From assembly GCA_000146465.1 (NCBI GenBank), contig CP001943.1: a DNA stretch of 64,000 nt; one strand, given 5' to 3'. The position numbers and the translations under genes were made by a program. Shown here one piece after another: positions 45,720 through 55,180 of the stretch. Position 1 is the first letter of the stretch; every line of letters starts with the position of its first letter. Below the pieces are notes generated by a model. It searched no databases. It was not told where the DNA came from and saw nothing but the letters and a program-made list of their open reading frames with translations.

Positions 45720-47237
45720 TCATTCAACCCTTCTCCTTTTTCCAGTCTCATCACTCGTCAGGTTCTCCTTTCCATAGAAAACCCTCAGGAAGTTCTGAAC
45801 ATCCTTCTTCTTCAGACTGTTGATTTCAATCCTCATGGATCTTTCCTTCCCCTCGTACTCATTCATAAAATCCACAAACTCCTTAACCTGCTGCTCCACT
45901 ACCACCTTCTTCCCCTTCACAGGAATGACATCAATTGCAATAAAGAATGCCGTACACTTCTTTAAGTCCTGCATTCCATACTTGATCTTTCCAATGTTCT
46001 CCTCTGCAACTCTGAATGCCTTTGGAAACGGAATGGCATAGAGTATGTCGTCAACAGCTTCAAACTTAGACGCAAGGATTCGGACTTTCGACTCCACATA
46101 TCCTTCCCACTTTGGAAAGCCCTCCTCCTCGGTGGACATGGCCAATATCTCGGCAAAGAGCTTATACCTGGAGAAGAAATCAGATAGATCAAATATCTTT
46201 CTGAAGTCGTTTTTCTCGGGACTTGACAAAATCTCATGAGCCCGTGCAAACTCCATGGAAATCACATGCTGGGTACTGTTCGACACATTATGCGTTGCAC
46301 ACATCGAAGGATATGCAGGAGTTATCACCGGCATCCTGTGATACTTGTCAGAGGGATACACCTTTGGGTCCCATACCTTCAGATTATAGTTGAGATCCAC
46401 CACTGGACGTAGGACCACAGGTGTGGGCCATTTCCATGATGAAAACAACTCAAAGAACTTGCAGACAATGGAAAAGGACGACGCATTCGGATATAGCTGG
46501 CAGACTCTAGCCACACACAGCGAAAACGCAACTCCCCCAAAGTATCCATAGGGATTTCCATATACACACCTTCTCTTGGCCCAATACTTGATGCATCTCA
46601 GTGCCGAATGGAAAGTATTTACATTTGGAACAAGGTTCAGCATTTCATCTGTAACTCTAGAACCGTTCAGTGACAAAATGCATTTCTCATCCATGCTCTT
46701 CAGGAGCGTGTCGTTGAGCAAGTTGATTCCATCCTTTACAACGGGAACATTAAGCCTAGCAAAGACTAAATCAATTGGAATCCCTTGAAACTCGAATTTA
46801 ATTATTGGTACAAATGCATCCTCTATCTTTGTAACTTCCTTTATATTCGGGTCTCCTTTCAATTCCTCATAGAAGTGAGTGAAGAAGTCGTTTCTTGTCA
46901 CATGTCTAGGTACAATGCACAAGGCGTCGATGTCTGTTCCCTTTCCATGCACTCCCAATCTATAGCTTCCAAATGTAAATATCTTTCCCCCATATGCTTT
47001 TTCGCCGTCCCCACTTCCCCTGCCTTTTCCCATCCTCGCCACAAACTCTCTCACCATGAAGTTGAGCTTTCCAAGCACCCTCTCCCTTGTCTGGCCCTCC
47101 TTGTCATCCTCAAAGAATCCCCGCTCCTGCAGATACATGTCCATCTCCTCCGATAGCTTCATTTCCTTCTCGGTACTTTCCTTCATCGAAAGAGGACCAG
47201 TCACTCCGTACTTGTAGTTCCTTTCGGATATCTCCAT
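45720..47237 (-). CDS. PAP1: Poly(A) polymerase
   Basis: YGVTGPLSM..., GGKIFTFGSYRLGVHGKGTDIDALCIVPRHVTRNDFF and EDAFVPIIKFEFQGIPIDLVFARL reproduce the canonical PAP nucleotidyltransferase motifs. Confidence 0.75.
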   Translation of the reverse strand: MEISERNYKYGVTGPLSMKESTEKEMKLSEEMDMYLQERGFFEDDKEGQTRERVLGKLNFMVREFVARMGKGRGSGDGEKAYGGKIFTFGSYRLGVHGKGTDIDALCIVPRHVTRNDFFTHFYEELKGDPNIKEVTKIEDAFVPIIKFEFQGIPIDLVFARLNVPVVKDGINLLNDTLLKSMDEKCILSLNGSRVTDEMLNLVPNVNTFHSALRCIKYWAKRRCVYGNPYGYFGGVAFSLCVARVCQLYPNASSFSIVCKFFELFSSWKWPTPVVLRPVVDLNYNLKVWDPKVYPSDKYHRMPVITPAYPSMCATHNVSNSTQHVISMEFARAHEILSSPEKNDFRKIFDLSDFFSRYKLFAEILAMSTEEEGFPKWEGYVESKVRILASKFEAVDDILYAIPFPKAFRVAEENIGKIKYGMQDLKKCTAFFIAIDVIPVKGKKVVVEQQVKEFVDFMNEYEGKERSMRIEINSLKKKDVQNFLRVFYGKENLTSDETGKRRRVE

Positions 47238-47349
47238 TTTAGAACCCCTCCATCTGCTTTCTTTTTATCCCTTCCCATTCAAGAGGATCCAGGCCCGTCT
47301 TTCAATCCCCCCTACACACAATATTAAAAGACATAAAAAACTAAACACT

Positions 47350-47658
<309 letters not shown>

Positions 47659-47887
47659 CTAACCAGAATTCTTCGGCACCAGACGAAAATGAAGAGATCT
47701 GTAGCCGTCTTAAACATCTGGACTTCAACAGACCCCTTGTGCCGGCCATACACATCGGAGCTCCATGGATACTCCTCTCTGCCTCCATACAATGCACCCA
47801 CACCTTCCTGCCTGTTACAAAGTACAGTTAAGAGACAAAAAATTTTACCCTCAAATGGTGCTAGGAAAGGTAAAAAAGATCCCGGCC

Positions 47888-48475
47888 ATGGCTCCAAAGC
47901 TGACGAAGGAACAGAAGATGGAGAGAGAGCTTTTGATAAAAAAGAAGATAAGCAAGCTGGCCAATGCAATCAGAATTCCCCCGGCCATCAATCAGTTCAA
48001 AACCTTCCTATCGGAGGATGATACTAAAAAGTTCGTTGATCTGTTCATGAAGTACAGACCGGAAAATAAGAAAGAGAAGATAGCTAGGCTAAGTTCCGAA
48101 GACCCGAAGAAGGGCCCAAAGCCCATTCTTGTTAAGTTTGGTCTGAAGCACGTGACAAGTCTTATCGAAAGCAAAAAGGCAAAGCTTGTTCTTATCTCCG
48201 CATCTGTCGATCCCATTGAGGTTGTGATCTTCCTTCCAACGCTGTGCAGAAAGATGGGTGTGTCCTATGCAATTGTCGAAAACTCCACCATTCTTGGAAG
48301 GCTCGTCAACCTGAAGTCCACATCATGTGTCTGTCTGTGCGACGCAAGGCCAGAAGATGAGGCTGCTTTCAAGGAGATACAAGGAATTGCAAATGCAATC
48401 TTCCTCGACAACTATGAAACCCATCTGAGAACCTGGGGAGGAGGCCCAAAGAAGCAAACAAGTGAAGAGCAATGA
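47888..48475 (+). CDS. RPL7A: 60S ribosomal protein L7a (eL8)
   Basis: [23 protein letters not shown] and ...[42 protein letters not shown]...WGG match eL8 ([36 protein letters not shown]). Start placed at the MAPK ATG (47888, GATCCCGGCC-ATG). The in-frame ATG at 47855 is an alternative. Confidence 0.7.
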   Translation: [195 protein letters not shown]

Positions 48476-48513
48476 AATAAAACATTTCTTTATTCAGGAA
48501 CTCATGCCAGCCC

Positions 48514-49053
48514 TCACTCCTCCCGAGTAAACAAAACTGACATTCCTACAGCTGCCAGGATTGCAAACTTCACTCCTGGAATGGTATTGATCCAGAGATT
48601 GATCCATCCGAAAAACGGGATATATCCAACAACAATGGACTTGATCTCTCCCCTCGTAAGGTAATTTCTCCCTCTCGGATAAAGAGAAACATCGTCATCA
48701 AGATTGTTGTCTCCCTTTGTTAGATATCTTTCTCCAAACTGCTTGATACACCGATGAACACATGGAATCTCCCTTCCAAACTTAAAAACAGTCATATCCC
48801 CAACACTAAAGTCCTTGTTGGCAAGCCACAGTATATCCCCCTTCTCAAATCCCGGAGACATGCTTTCGCTCAGCACAACAACAATGGGACTGTCGTTATT
48901 CAGAAGAATCGAAAACATCTTCCATATCATATATGTCCCCATCACAGAATATGCTGCATTCACAAACTGAACAAGCTTCTGCCGAATGCTCATTCTTTTC
49001 AGCATTCTGATGTCCTTCTCGGAAATAAGATACTCAAGCATCAGGGTGTGCAA
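48514..49053 (-). CDS. SEC11: Signal peptidase complex catalytic subunit SEC11
   Basis: VVVLSESMSPGFEKGDILWL (catalytic Ser), REIPCVHRCI (His) and LTKGDNNLDDD match SEC11/SPC18. An N-terminal TM segment is present. The true start is probably an internal ATG (MLKRMS or MSIRQ). Confidence 0.7.
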   Translation of the reverse strand: MHTLMLEYLISEKDIRMLKRMSIRQKLVQFVNAAYSVMGTYMIWKMFSILLNNDSPIVVVLSESMSPGFEKGDILWLANKDFSVGDMTVFKFGREIPCVHRCIKQFGERYLTKGDNNLDDDVSLYPRGRNYLTRGEIKSIVVGYIPFFGWINLWINTIPGVKFAILAAVGMSVLFTREE

Positions 49054-49135
49054 GGTTCACTATTTCTCTTTCCTAATCCTTACACAATAAACAAACCATA
49101 GAATGATAGAATAATTTATTATTCCTGCTCCTGCC

Positions 49136-49521
49136 TCACACCCCATAAATCTTGAAGTTCCCCTCGTATCCGTACCTCTTTATCATCTCCATCGTCACAT
49201 TATCAACCTCGACACTATCGACATCAAGAATCGACTCCTTTGGAATCACATTCTCCTTCCTTTCTCTCTCTTCTTCGTGGCTCTTGATGTAGACCTTGTT
49301 GTACGTTCCCTTCAAAATCTTCTTGTAAAGGGACGTGAGATATCCTGCAATCTCATTCTTCAGCTTCTTCGACTGCACAACAGCCACGTCTTGCACCACA
49401 AGCAGATTATGGTCAAACGTGTTGTCAAGCCTCTGGAAATACTTTTCTGCAATCGTTCGCGCTGCCCTCTTGACTATCTTGTTCCTAACACAGCCCTAAA
49501 ATTAAAGCTTCCACCTACCAT
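49136..49521 (-). CDS. RPS17: 40S ribosomal protein S17 (eS17), two exons
   Basis: Exon 2 (49136..49495) encodes [63 protein letters not shown]...[17 protein letters not shown], which aligns with eS17 ([64 protein letters not shown]). Exon 1 is the ATG alone (49519..49521), followed by a 23-nt intron. The ORF track shows only a GTG-initiated fragment. Confidence 0.75.
49496..49518 (-). other. Spliceosomal intron (23 nt) in RPS17, directly after the ATG
   Basis: Minus-strand GTAGGTGGAAGCTTTAATTTTAG: a GT...AG intron with a TTAAT branch-like element adjacent to the AG. An in-frame stop lies directly upstream of exon 2 unless it is spliced. Confidence 0.65.
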
Positions 49522-49570
49522 TCTTGGGGTGAAAATTTTTTCTGCACAAATCTCCCTGCAAAACACTTCA

Positions 49571-50254
49571 CTACCTGTACTCAGGCCTCAGCTCATATGC
49601 ATTTTTCAAGTCCTTCTTGTTCAGCACACAAATGTCAGACACAATCTCCTGGATAAATGCAACAGGCTGCCCACAGAAGTCTGCAAGATCCTTCACCGTC
49701 CATGACGGATACTTCTCAAATGCCTTGAACACCATGTCTATCACTTCGTTCTTTCCAAGTCTCTCTCTCTTCTTATCCATTAGCATCTTCTTTCTCTTGC
49801 GAGCAAGATACTCAAGCTCTCTCAAGCTTCCAAACTTCTCTCCTCTCTTCCCCTCCTTAAGATAATCAATGACTTGTACATCGCTCTTCTTCGCATCGCT
49901 TTTAAACCCCGCTTCTTTTTTGTACCTCAGATACTCCCCATTAATCTCCGGTGTTATGTAGCATTCGTTGTTAATCACTCCCTCAACATCTGCATTGTTC
50001 TCATAAGCCCGGATTACATACATGCTGTTATCTCTAGGCTTCACCTTCACCTCAAACGAAGAAGGAAATCCCCCCTCGCAAAATTCCTTGGACAGCTTCA
50101 AGCTTAAAACCGCCGGCTCCGTGGATGTTGCTTTTGTTATGTCAAGCTCTCCAATTGTCGTCTCTCCACCCAAACTCAATATTCTCTCTGCTAGAAATAA
50201 AGGGACCTTTGCAAGCCAAATCTTTGTGTTTTTGTTGTTTGTGTTCAACTCCAT
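49571..50254 (-). CDS. TFG2: TFIIF beta subunit (RAP30/Tfg2)
   Basis: IWLAKVPLFLAERIL (cf. VWLVKVPKFLAE), ELEYLARKRKKMLMDKKRERLGKNEVIDMVFKAFEKYPSWTVKDLADFCGQPVAFIQEIV...NAYELRPEY (cf. ERDELMDKLFRLFERQPYWSLKQL..., WELKPEY). Confidence 0.6.
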   Translation of the reverse strand: MELNTNNKNTKIWLAKVPLFLAERILSLGGETTIGELDITKATSTEPAVLSLKLSKEFCEGGFPSSFEVKVKPRDNSMYVIRAYENNADVEGVINNECYITPEINGEYLRYKKEAGFKSDAKKSDVQVIDYLKEGKRGEKFGSLRELEYLARKRKKMLMDKKRERLGKNEVIDMVFKAFEKYPSWTVKDLADFCGQPVAFIQEIVSDICVLNKKDLKNAYELRPEYR

Positions 50255-50333
50255 AGAGGGCTTGCCTCATCAAGCATTAACTTGGTCTATTCCAAAATAT
50301 TTATGAAATGATTGATGGTACCTATCAAGTTTA

Positions 50334-50768
50334 TTAACTCCTCCCAAAGCAGCTACTTAAGACACTACTGGCGGCGGTAACAAGATCACCAAGAGCACCA
50401 CAATCACAACTGCAACTACACATTCTTTCGGTGGTCTCTGTTCCGTTCTCATTAGTAGTGCTTGTAGAAGCAACGATAACTTCGGCACTCAAACCACCAT
50501 CGGTGCCATCAGACGGGCCAGGCTGTTCTGTAACAGGATCTTGGCCACCAGACCCGCTATCAGTAGGTTGATCTCCGTCTTGAACGGGGCCATGAGACGA
50601 ACCATCCTGTGGGCTTTGACCTGAATCATTTCCTCCATCATGTTGTTCTTCATTATCTGTAAATCCAGGATTACAACGACCAAGTGATCCATCTTCATTA
50701 CTTCCATAAACTGGTACCTGAAAAATTAGTAGCATTATTGAGATTGACAGAATGATACCCTTCATTGC
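50334..50768 (-). CDS. Secreted acidic Gly/Ser/Asp-rich protein with C-terminal cysteine cluster (candidate spore-wall/polar-tube or other extracellular protein)
   Basis: N-terminal signal-peptide-like MKGIILSISIMLLIFQVPVYG. About 90 aa of low-complexity D/G/S/Q/P-rich sequence. C-terminal CSCSCDCG...SCF. The listed ORF start (50864) would overlap RPL9, so I placed the start at the internal ATG. Confidence 0.45.
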   Translation of the reverse strand, partial: AMKGIILSISIMLLIFQVPVYGSNEDGSLGRCNPGFTDNEEQHDGGNDSGQSPQDGSSHGPVQDGDQPTDSGSGGQDPVTEQPGPSDGTDGGLSAEVIVASTSTTNENGTETTERMCSCSCDCGALGDLVTAASSVLSSCFGRS

Positions 50769-50817
50769 AAATTTTTGGAGACGACTTCTTAAATACCAAT
50801 TAAAAATTTTATCCCTA

Positions 50818-51369
50818 ATGAAGATTTTGGTCACAAGAACAGTAAAGATCCCAGAGGGCTGCATTGTGAAGCAGGAGGGGAAAGTCTTTACATTCGAGGG
50901 CCCGAAGGGAAGGATAGTCGAGGACTGTACTCGACATCCGCTAACATTTGATATCTATGAGGGGAATGTCCGAATCCGACTCTGGAATGGAAAGAGAAAG
51001 GCTGCAGCTCTTGCAATAACGGTCGAGTCTCTTTTGAAAAATGCAGTCAAGGCCGTCACAGTTGGATTTGCATACACTCTGAAAGCAGCATACAACCATT
51101 TTTCTATAAACATGGAGGTCAAGGAAGATGGAAAAGTCCTCCTTGTGAAGAACTTTCTTGGAGAGAAGAACATCAAGGTGTTTAGGATGCGTGGAGTGGC
51201 AAGGGTTAGACTGGACGAAAGGAAGGATACAATAGTGATTGAGGGCCCATCTCTGCCGGATGTTTCCCAGAGTGCAGGGACAATCTCCAACGAATGCAAG
51301 GCTAAGAACCGAGACAGCAGAGTGTTCCTTGACGGAATCTTTGTTACAGAGAGAGGCATCATGGCTTGA
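50818..51369 (+). CDS. RPL9: 60S ribosomal protein L9 (uL6)
   Basis: MKILVTRTVKIPEGC...FEGPKGRI..., KAVTVGFAYTLKAAYNHFSINMEV..., NFLGEKNIKVFRMR and KNRDSRVFLDGIFVTERG align with uL6 (NFLGEKYIRRVRMR, KNKDIRKFLDGIYVSEKG). Start placed at the internal ATG after a CCC motif. Confidence 0.75.
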   Translation: MKILVTRTVKIPEGCIVKQEGKVFTFEGPKGRIVEDCTRHPLTFDIYEGNVRIRLWNGKRKAAALAITVESLLKNAVKAVTVGFAYTLKAAYNHFSINMEVKEDGKVLLVKNFLGEKNIKVFRMRGVARVRLDERKDTIVIEGPSLPDVSQSAGTISNECKAKNRDSRVFLDGIFVTERGIMA

Positions 51370-51448
51370 GTAAAGGTCGTACTTTATTTTATATTTAGTT
51401 TTTGAAATGCTATTTTTTCTGAGCCTATTCTTTAAGATCTCAACCCTC

Positions 51449-51916
51449 TCAGTTGGCCTGGGCTTCTTTTTTCTTGGCCTTTGTGGTGTGGCTTTCGAAG
51501 GAAACTTCACTTTCAAGCAGGGTTGCGTGTCTTTCGATGTATTCCAGATCGCTTTCCTTGTTTGCCTCCTGTCCTGTCAGGATTCTGTCTTTGATGAAGA
51601 AGTCTTCTCTTCTCTTCCTTATATCAAGTATCTTTGGAATGCTGGAAAGCGTCTTTTGCACCTCTTTGCGGTCGTATATGCGCGGCTCGTTGAGGCGGTG
51701 CTCGAACTCCAGGATGGGGTCGTTACAAAGCTCCTTGTTGGCCATCTTTCTCGATATCTTTGTCCATTTGACTTTCCTTGGATTGACACGTCTCTCAAAG
51801 AGTTTTCTGCACTTTGATCTGCAGAATCTAAAGACTTTTGCATCGTTCCGGACATAGACTGTTCCATGGCCTTGGTATATATTTGACGAGCAGAACCAGC
51901 ACTTTTCAATCCTCAT
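51449..51916 (-). CDS. RLP24: Ribosome biogenesis protein RLP24 (eL24-like)
   Basis: MRIEKCWFCSSNIYQGHGTVYVRNDAKVFRFCRSKCRKLFERRVNPRKVKWTKISRK nearly matches the RLP24 N-terminus ([53 protein letters not shown]). Confidence 0.65.
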   Translation of the reverse strand: MRIEKCWFCSSNIYQGHGTVYVRNDAKVFRFCRSKCRKLFERRVNPRKVKWTKISRKMANKELCNDPILEFEHRLNEPRIYDRKEVQKTLSSIPKILDIRKRREDFFIKDRILTGQEANKESDLEYIERHATLLESEVSFESHTTKAKKKEAQAN

Positions 51917-51968
51917 TTTACCCCTCCATCCATCTGGAATTTCTATACAGTTGTCCCAAATATTTTAA

Positions 51969-53297
51969 TTAAACAGCAATAGAAGACACCTCTCCAGTCT
52001 TCGTCTTTACCTTGGCAATAATCTCAAAGAGCTCATTCCTATTCATTACCACATATCCCCCGAGTCTTTCTCTCCTGTGGAAGAGCTCAGAGGAGATTGG
52101 AGGGTCGTCTGTTGTCACGATAAATCTATCCTCGAGATATCCCTGAAAAATAATCATCTGCCTGAAAGAGGGACTGTACCTTCTTCTTATGTACATGTCG
52201 AAATAGTGCTCGAAAAGGTGTACCAGAACGCCTATTGCCATTCCCTTCAGAGTCTCGGAAATGTTGATCCTGAAGAGGAGGATATTTCCAAGTTTCCGGA
52301 TGTTGGCAAGGCTGTCTCTGTATATCCAGATAAGTTCGTGGTGAATCTTAATACTTTCTTTCATTCCCAGAACCTCTCTACTTGACAGACACAGAAAAGC
52401 GTCTACTCTAGCGCCTTTTAGCAGATGATGGCATATCAGAAAGAAGTTTTCTATGGGGGATACCTCGATGCCATATCCAATCTTTTTTACAAAGCATTTC
52501 CTTTTTCGGAAGTGTGACTCTATCAATGCTTTTGTGCTGTATCCAAGGTTCCCATACAGTTCATATGAGGCCTCTCTGGAAATCCCTTTTCTTGCAAGGT
52601 ACTCACAGATTCTTTGGGCCTCAGCGCTTTTGTTCTTCTTGTAGTATATCTTGTTGCTGACAACAAATGGAATATCATTCTGAAGTGCTGAAAACAGGGA
52701 CGTAAAGTTCAGAAAGGAAATACAAGGTCTTTCGACGTAATACAGCCCATCGGTGTCTGTCAAAACACCGGCCCTTTGGATCTCAAACACGAGATCTGCA
52801 TGTAGCTCTCGACAACCTGCACATATGCTGTCTGAGAAGTTGCTTTCATTCTCTAGATCATCGACCGGCGTGAGGTCCTTTGTAAATATTCTGTGGAACC
52901 CAAAGCACACGATCATGGCCCATAGAACATCGGTAGTGACGTAGTTCATAGCCTTTGCTAGGGAGTATGCCAGCATGCATGAATGAATCCAGTTGGGCTT
53001 GCAGGTGCATACAAACCAGGAGCCTTGGAGCGAAGAGTTTTCTTGGCCACAAAGAGAAAGGAAATTCTTACATTCTCTGGGATCCAGGTCTATGAACACA
53101 TTTAAATCTTGGTCGGAGTGGTGCTCTACCTTTTCAGGCTGAAAATCCATTTCAAATCTGATAAGTTCTTTGTGGAGGATTTCTGTAATAATCTTAGCTG
53201 CACATACACTCGAAGGAATGTCTGGGATGAATATCCTTACCGACCTGTATGACTTGAACTTGTTGATGATGCCAATAGGATTCCCTATATCAAGCAT
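51969..53297 (-). CDS. CDC45-like replication protein (DHH/RecJ-like fold)
   Basis: N-terminal region YRSVRIFIPDIPSSVCAAKIITEILHKELIRFEM...VFIDLD resembles the CDC45 start (VLIFVA.DVDALCA.KIL..L...I...IILINCG). The ORF-track frame stays open up to 53534, but I placed the start at the internal ATG (MLDIGNP...). Assignment is tentative. Confidence 0.4.
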   Translation of the reverse strand: MLDIGNPIGIINKFKSYRSVRIFIPDIPSSVCAAKIITEILHKELIRFEMDFQPEKVEHHSDQDLNVFIDLDPRECKNFLSLCGQENSSLQGSWFVCTCKPNWIHSCMLAYSLAKAMNYVTTDVLWAMIVCFGFHRIFTKDLTPVDDLENESNFSDSICAGCRELHADLVFEIQRAGVLTDTDGLYYVERPCISFLNFTSLFSALQNDIPFVVSNKIYYKKNKSAEAQRICEYLARKGISREASYELYGNLGYSTKALIESHFRKRKCFVKKIGYGIEVSPIENFFLICHHLLKGARVDAFLCLSSREVLGMKESIKIHHELIWIYRDSLANIRKLGNILLFRINISETLKGMAIGVLVHLFEHYFDMYIRRRYSPSFRQMIIFQGYLEDRFIVTTDDPPISSELFHRRERLGGYVVMNRNELFEIIAKVKTKTGEVSSIAV

Positions 53298-53491
53298 CTG
53301 CCCTGAATTGTGGATATTTTTTATTGAATGACTGAATAGGATTGTAAAGCCATAAAGGCTGTTCAAAGGTGTGTGTGGGAGAGCATCAGGGGTTTTCCAC
53401 GGATTAGCAACCCTTCTGAATGAATAGATACTTCTGCCGGGAGATTTTGCTTCTTGAAGAGATAACAACAGAGCTCTTGGGATCCAAGGAA

Positions 53492-53767
53492 ATGGATGAG
53501 GAGACAACCCACAAGGCCAAGCTGCTGCTAACAATAAAGGACAAGCTCAATGAGAAGATGATGGAGATGGAGGAGTACTATATGAAGAGAATAGAGTTCT
53601 ACAGGGAAAATGATGGGACAAGGGCAAAGGAATTGGAGAAACAGACAGAAGAATGCAACGAGAAGTATCTAGGGCTTCTGATACGAGCAAAGGAGCTCGG
53701 ACATCAGATAGAAAGACTTGAGATAAAGGGCCTTCGAAATAAATCTTGTGCCGGAAATGAGTTGTGA
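53492..53767 (+). CDS. Hypothetical small coiled-coil protein (about 91 aa)
   Basis: ORF MDEETTHKAKLLLTIKDKLNEKMMEMEEYYMKRIEF... between two minus-strand genes. Weak support. Confidence 0.2.
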   Translation: MDEETTHKAKLLLTIKDKLNEKMMEMEEYYMKRIEFYRENDGTRAKELEKQTEECNEKYLGLLIRAKELGHQIERLEIKGLRNKSCAGNEL

Positions 53768-53984
53768 GAGGCTATCTTGCAATTTTCCTATATTGGAATA
53801 AGGGGAAGAGCGAAGCAGGGTAAGAGAGTCCTTCGGCGCAGAAGTGAGTAAAACAAGTGATTTTGAGCAGAAAACTTTGATTCTGCCTGTCTACGGTTCT
53901 TTGGGGGAAGCCAAGAGAAGGGTCTCCTTTTACCCTTTTGCACCCTGTGATAAAATATAAAAAGAAGAGGGAAAGAGGGGTTGA

Positions 53985-55151
53985 ATGGCAGGCGAGAGGG
54001 CCGAATACGGCGGGATTGCCGGTGGACAAGAATTAATTTATCATTTCCAAGAAGACAGCGATGATCTTGGGGTTGAGAAGGAGTATGAGGAGAACGAGCC
54101 CAACTCTCTTAGGCTCCGAAATTTTGTAGAGGACGAGCTGTATCAGTCTGACGGACAAATGCAGTATAGAGGGGAGGACGAAATGAGGCTTCGGTATGGG
54201 CGCAAGAAGAAGGAGAAGAGAAAGAAGAAGAAGAATGATGAAAACAAAAGGCCATCGAATAGGAAGATAGTGAATCTTCCTGCGTCTCCTCCTTATGTAC
54301 GGTTTGTAGACGGAGAGGAAAGACTATGCTTCAAGTATGTAACGAAGGTCAGCGAGTCGGCACGTGATGCGATGCCCAAGACAGATCTGGAGGATAATGA
54401 GTTCTGTGTAAGATTTGATCTTGACAGCGTGGACATCAGCAAATTGAACGAAAAGTTCAAAGCAGACAACTGTGTGTATCCCAGGGCAAATCTCCCCTAT
54501 GAGATGTATACTGGAAACAGATGGGGATTTGAGACGGAATGCAACCGACTGGCATGGCAGTTTGTTTCGTTGAATCCTGTTCTTCTGTATGGAAAGAAGG
54601 GACTTATCCAGAGAGCCGTCGACTCTTACAGAACAATCAACAAGCAGAGCAGAAATAAGAGGATTGTCAAGGAAGATCGGTTTCCTAGCGACATTGAGAA
54701 GAGGAAGCATGTTTCTGGAGCACCCTCGACGATCACGATTCAATGGACCAACAGAGGGATTTTGAAAAAATGTAAAATCCAAGTTAACATCGAAAACATA
54801 AACTATGGGAAGATCGACGATGAATTCAAGTCGAGGTTTTCTGTATTTATGGACGATTTTGATGACAAGTCGTTTGGGAAGAGCAAGTGGGAAAGCCACA
54901 ACGTAGATAACGAGCTTGCAGTAAAGATAGCTTTTCTCAATGTTGAGAACACGTCGTTTTGGAATGCCATCAAGGCGCTTGATAAGACAACTGTGCTCAA
55001 GAAGGCAATTGAAGCATATAAACAAAAGAGAGATGAGTATGCAAGCTCCGATGATGACACCGAGATGTCTGATGTTATTGCAAGCGCGCTTGGGAGCAGT
55101 CTGGGAAACTCAAAGAGCTGTAATGTTGAGAATTTTTATTTTGATAATTAG
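53985..55151 (+). CDS. Hypothetical protein (388 aa) with poly-basic segment (RKKKEKRKKKKNDENKR, NLS-like)
   Basis: Clean ORF. Acidic N- and C-termini flank a basic patch. No family assignment. Confidence 0.4.
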   Translation: MAGERAEYGGIAGGQELIYHFQEDSDDLGVEKEYEENEPNSLRLRNFVEDELYQSDGQMQYRGEDEMRLRYGRKKKEKRKKKKNDENKRPSNRKIVNLPASPPYVRFVDGEERLCFKYVTKVSESARDAMPKTDLEDNEFCVRFDLDSVDISKLNEKFKADNCVYPRANLPYEMYTGNRWGFETECNRLAWQFVSLNPVLLYGKKGLIQRAVDSYRTINKQSRNKRIVKEDRFPSDIEKRKHVSGAPSTITIQWTNRGILKKCKIQVNIENINYGKIDDEFKSRFSVFMDDFDDKSFGKSKWESHNVDNELAVKIAFLNVENTSFWNAIKALDKTTVLKKAIEAYKQKRDEYASSDDDTEMSDVIASALGSSLGNSKSCNVENFYFDN

Positions 55152-55180
55152 TCATGAATTTGTCTTGAATAAATGATATT

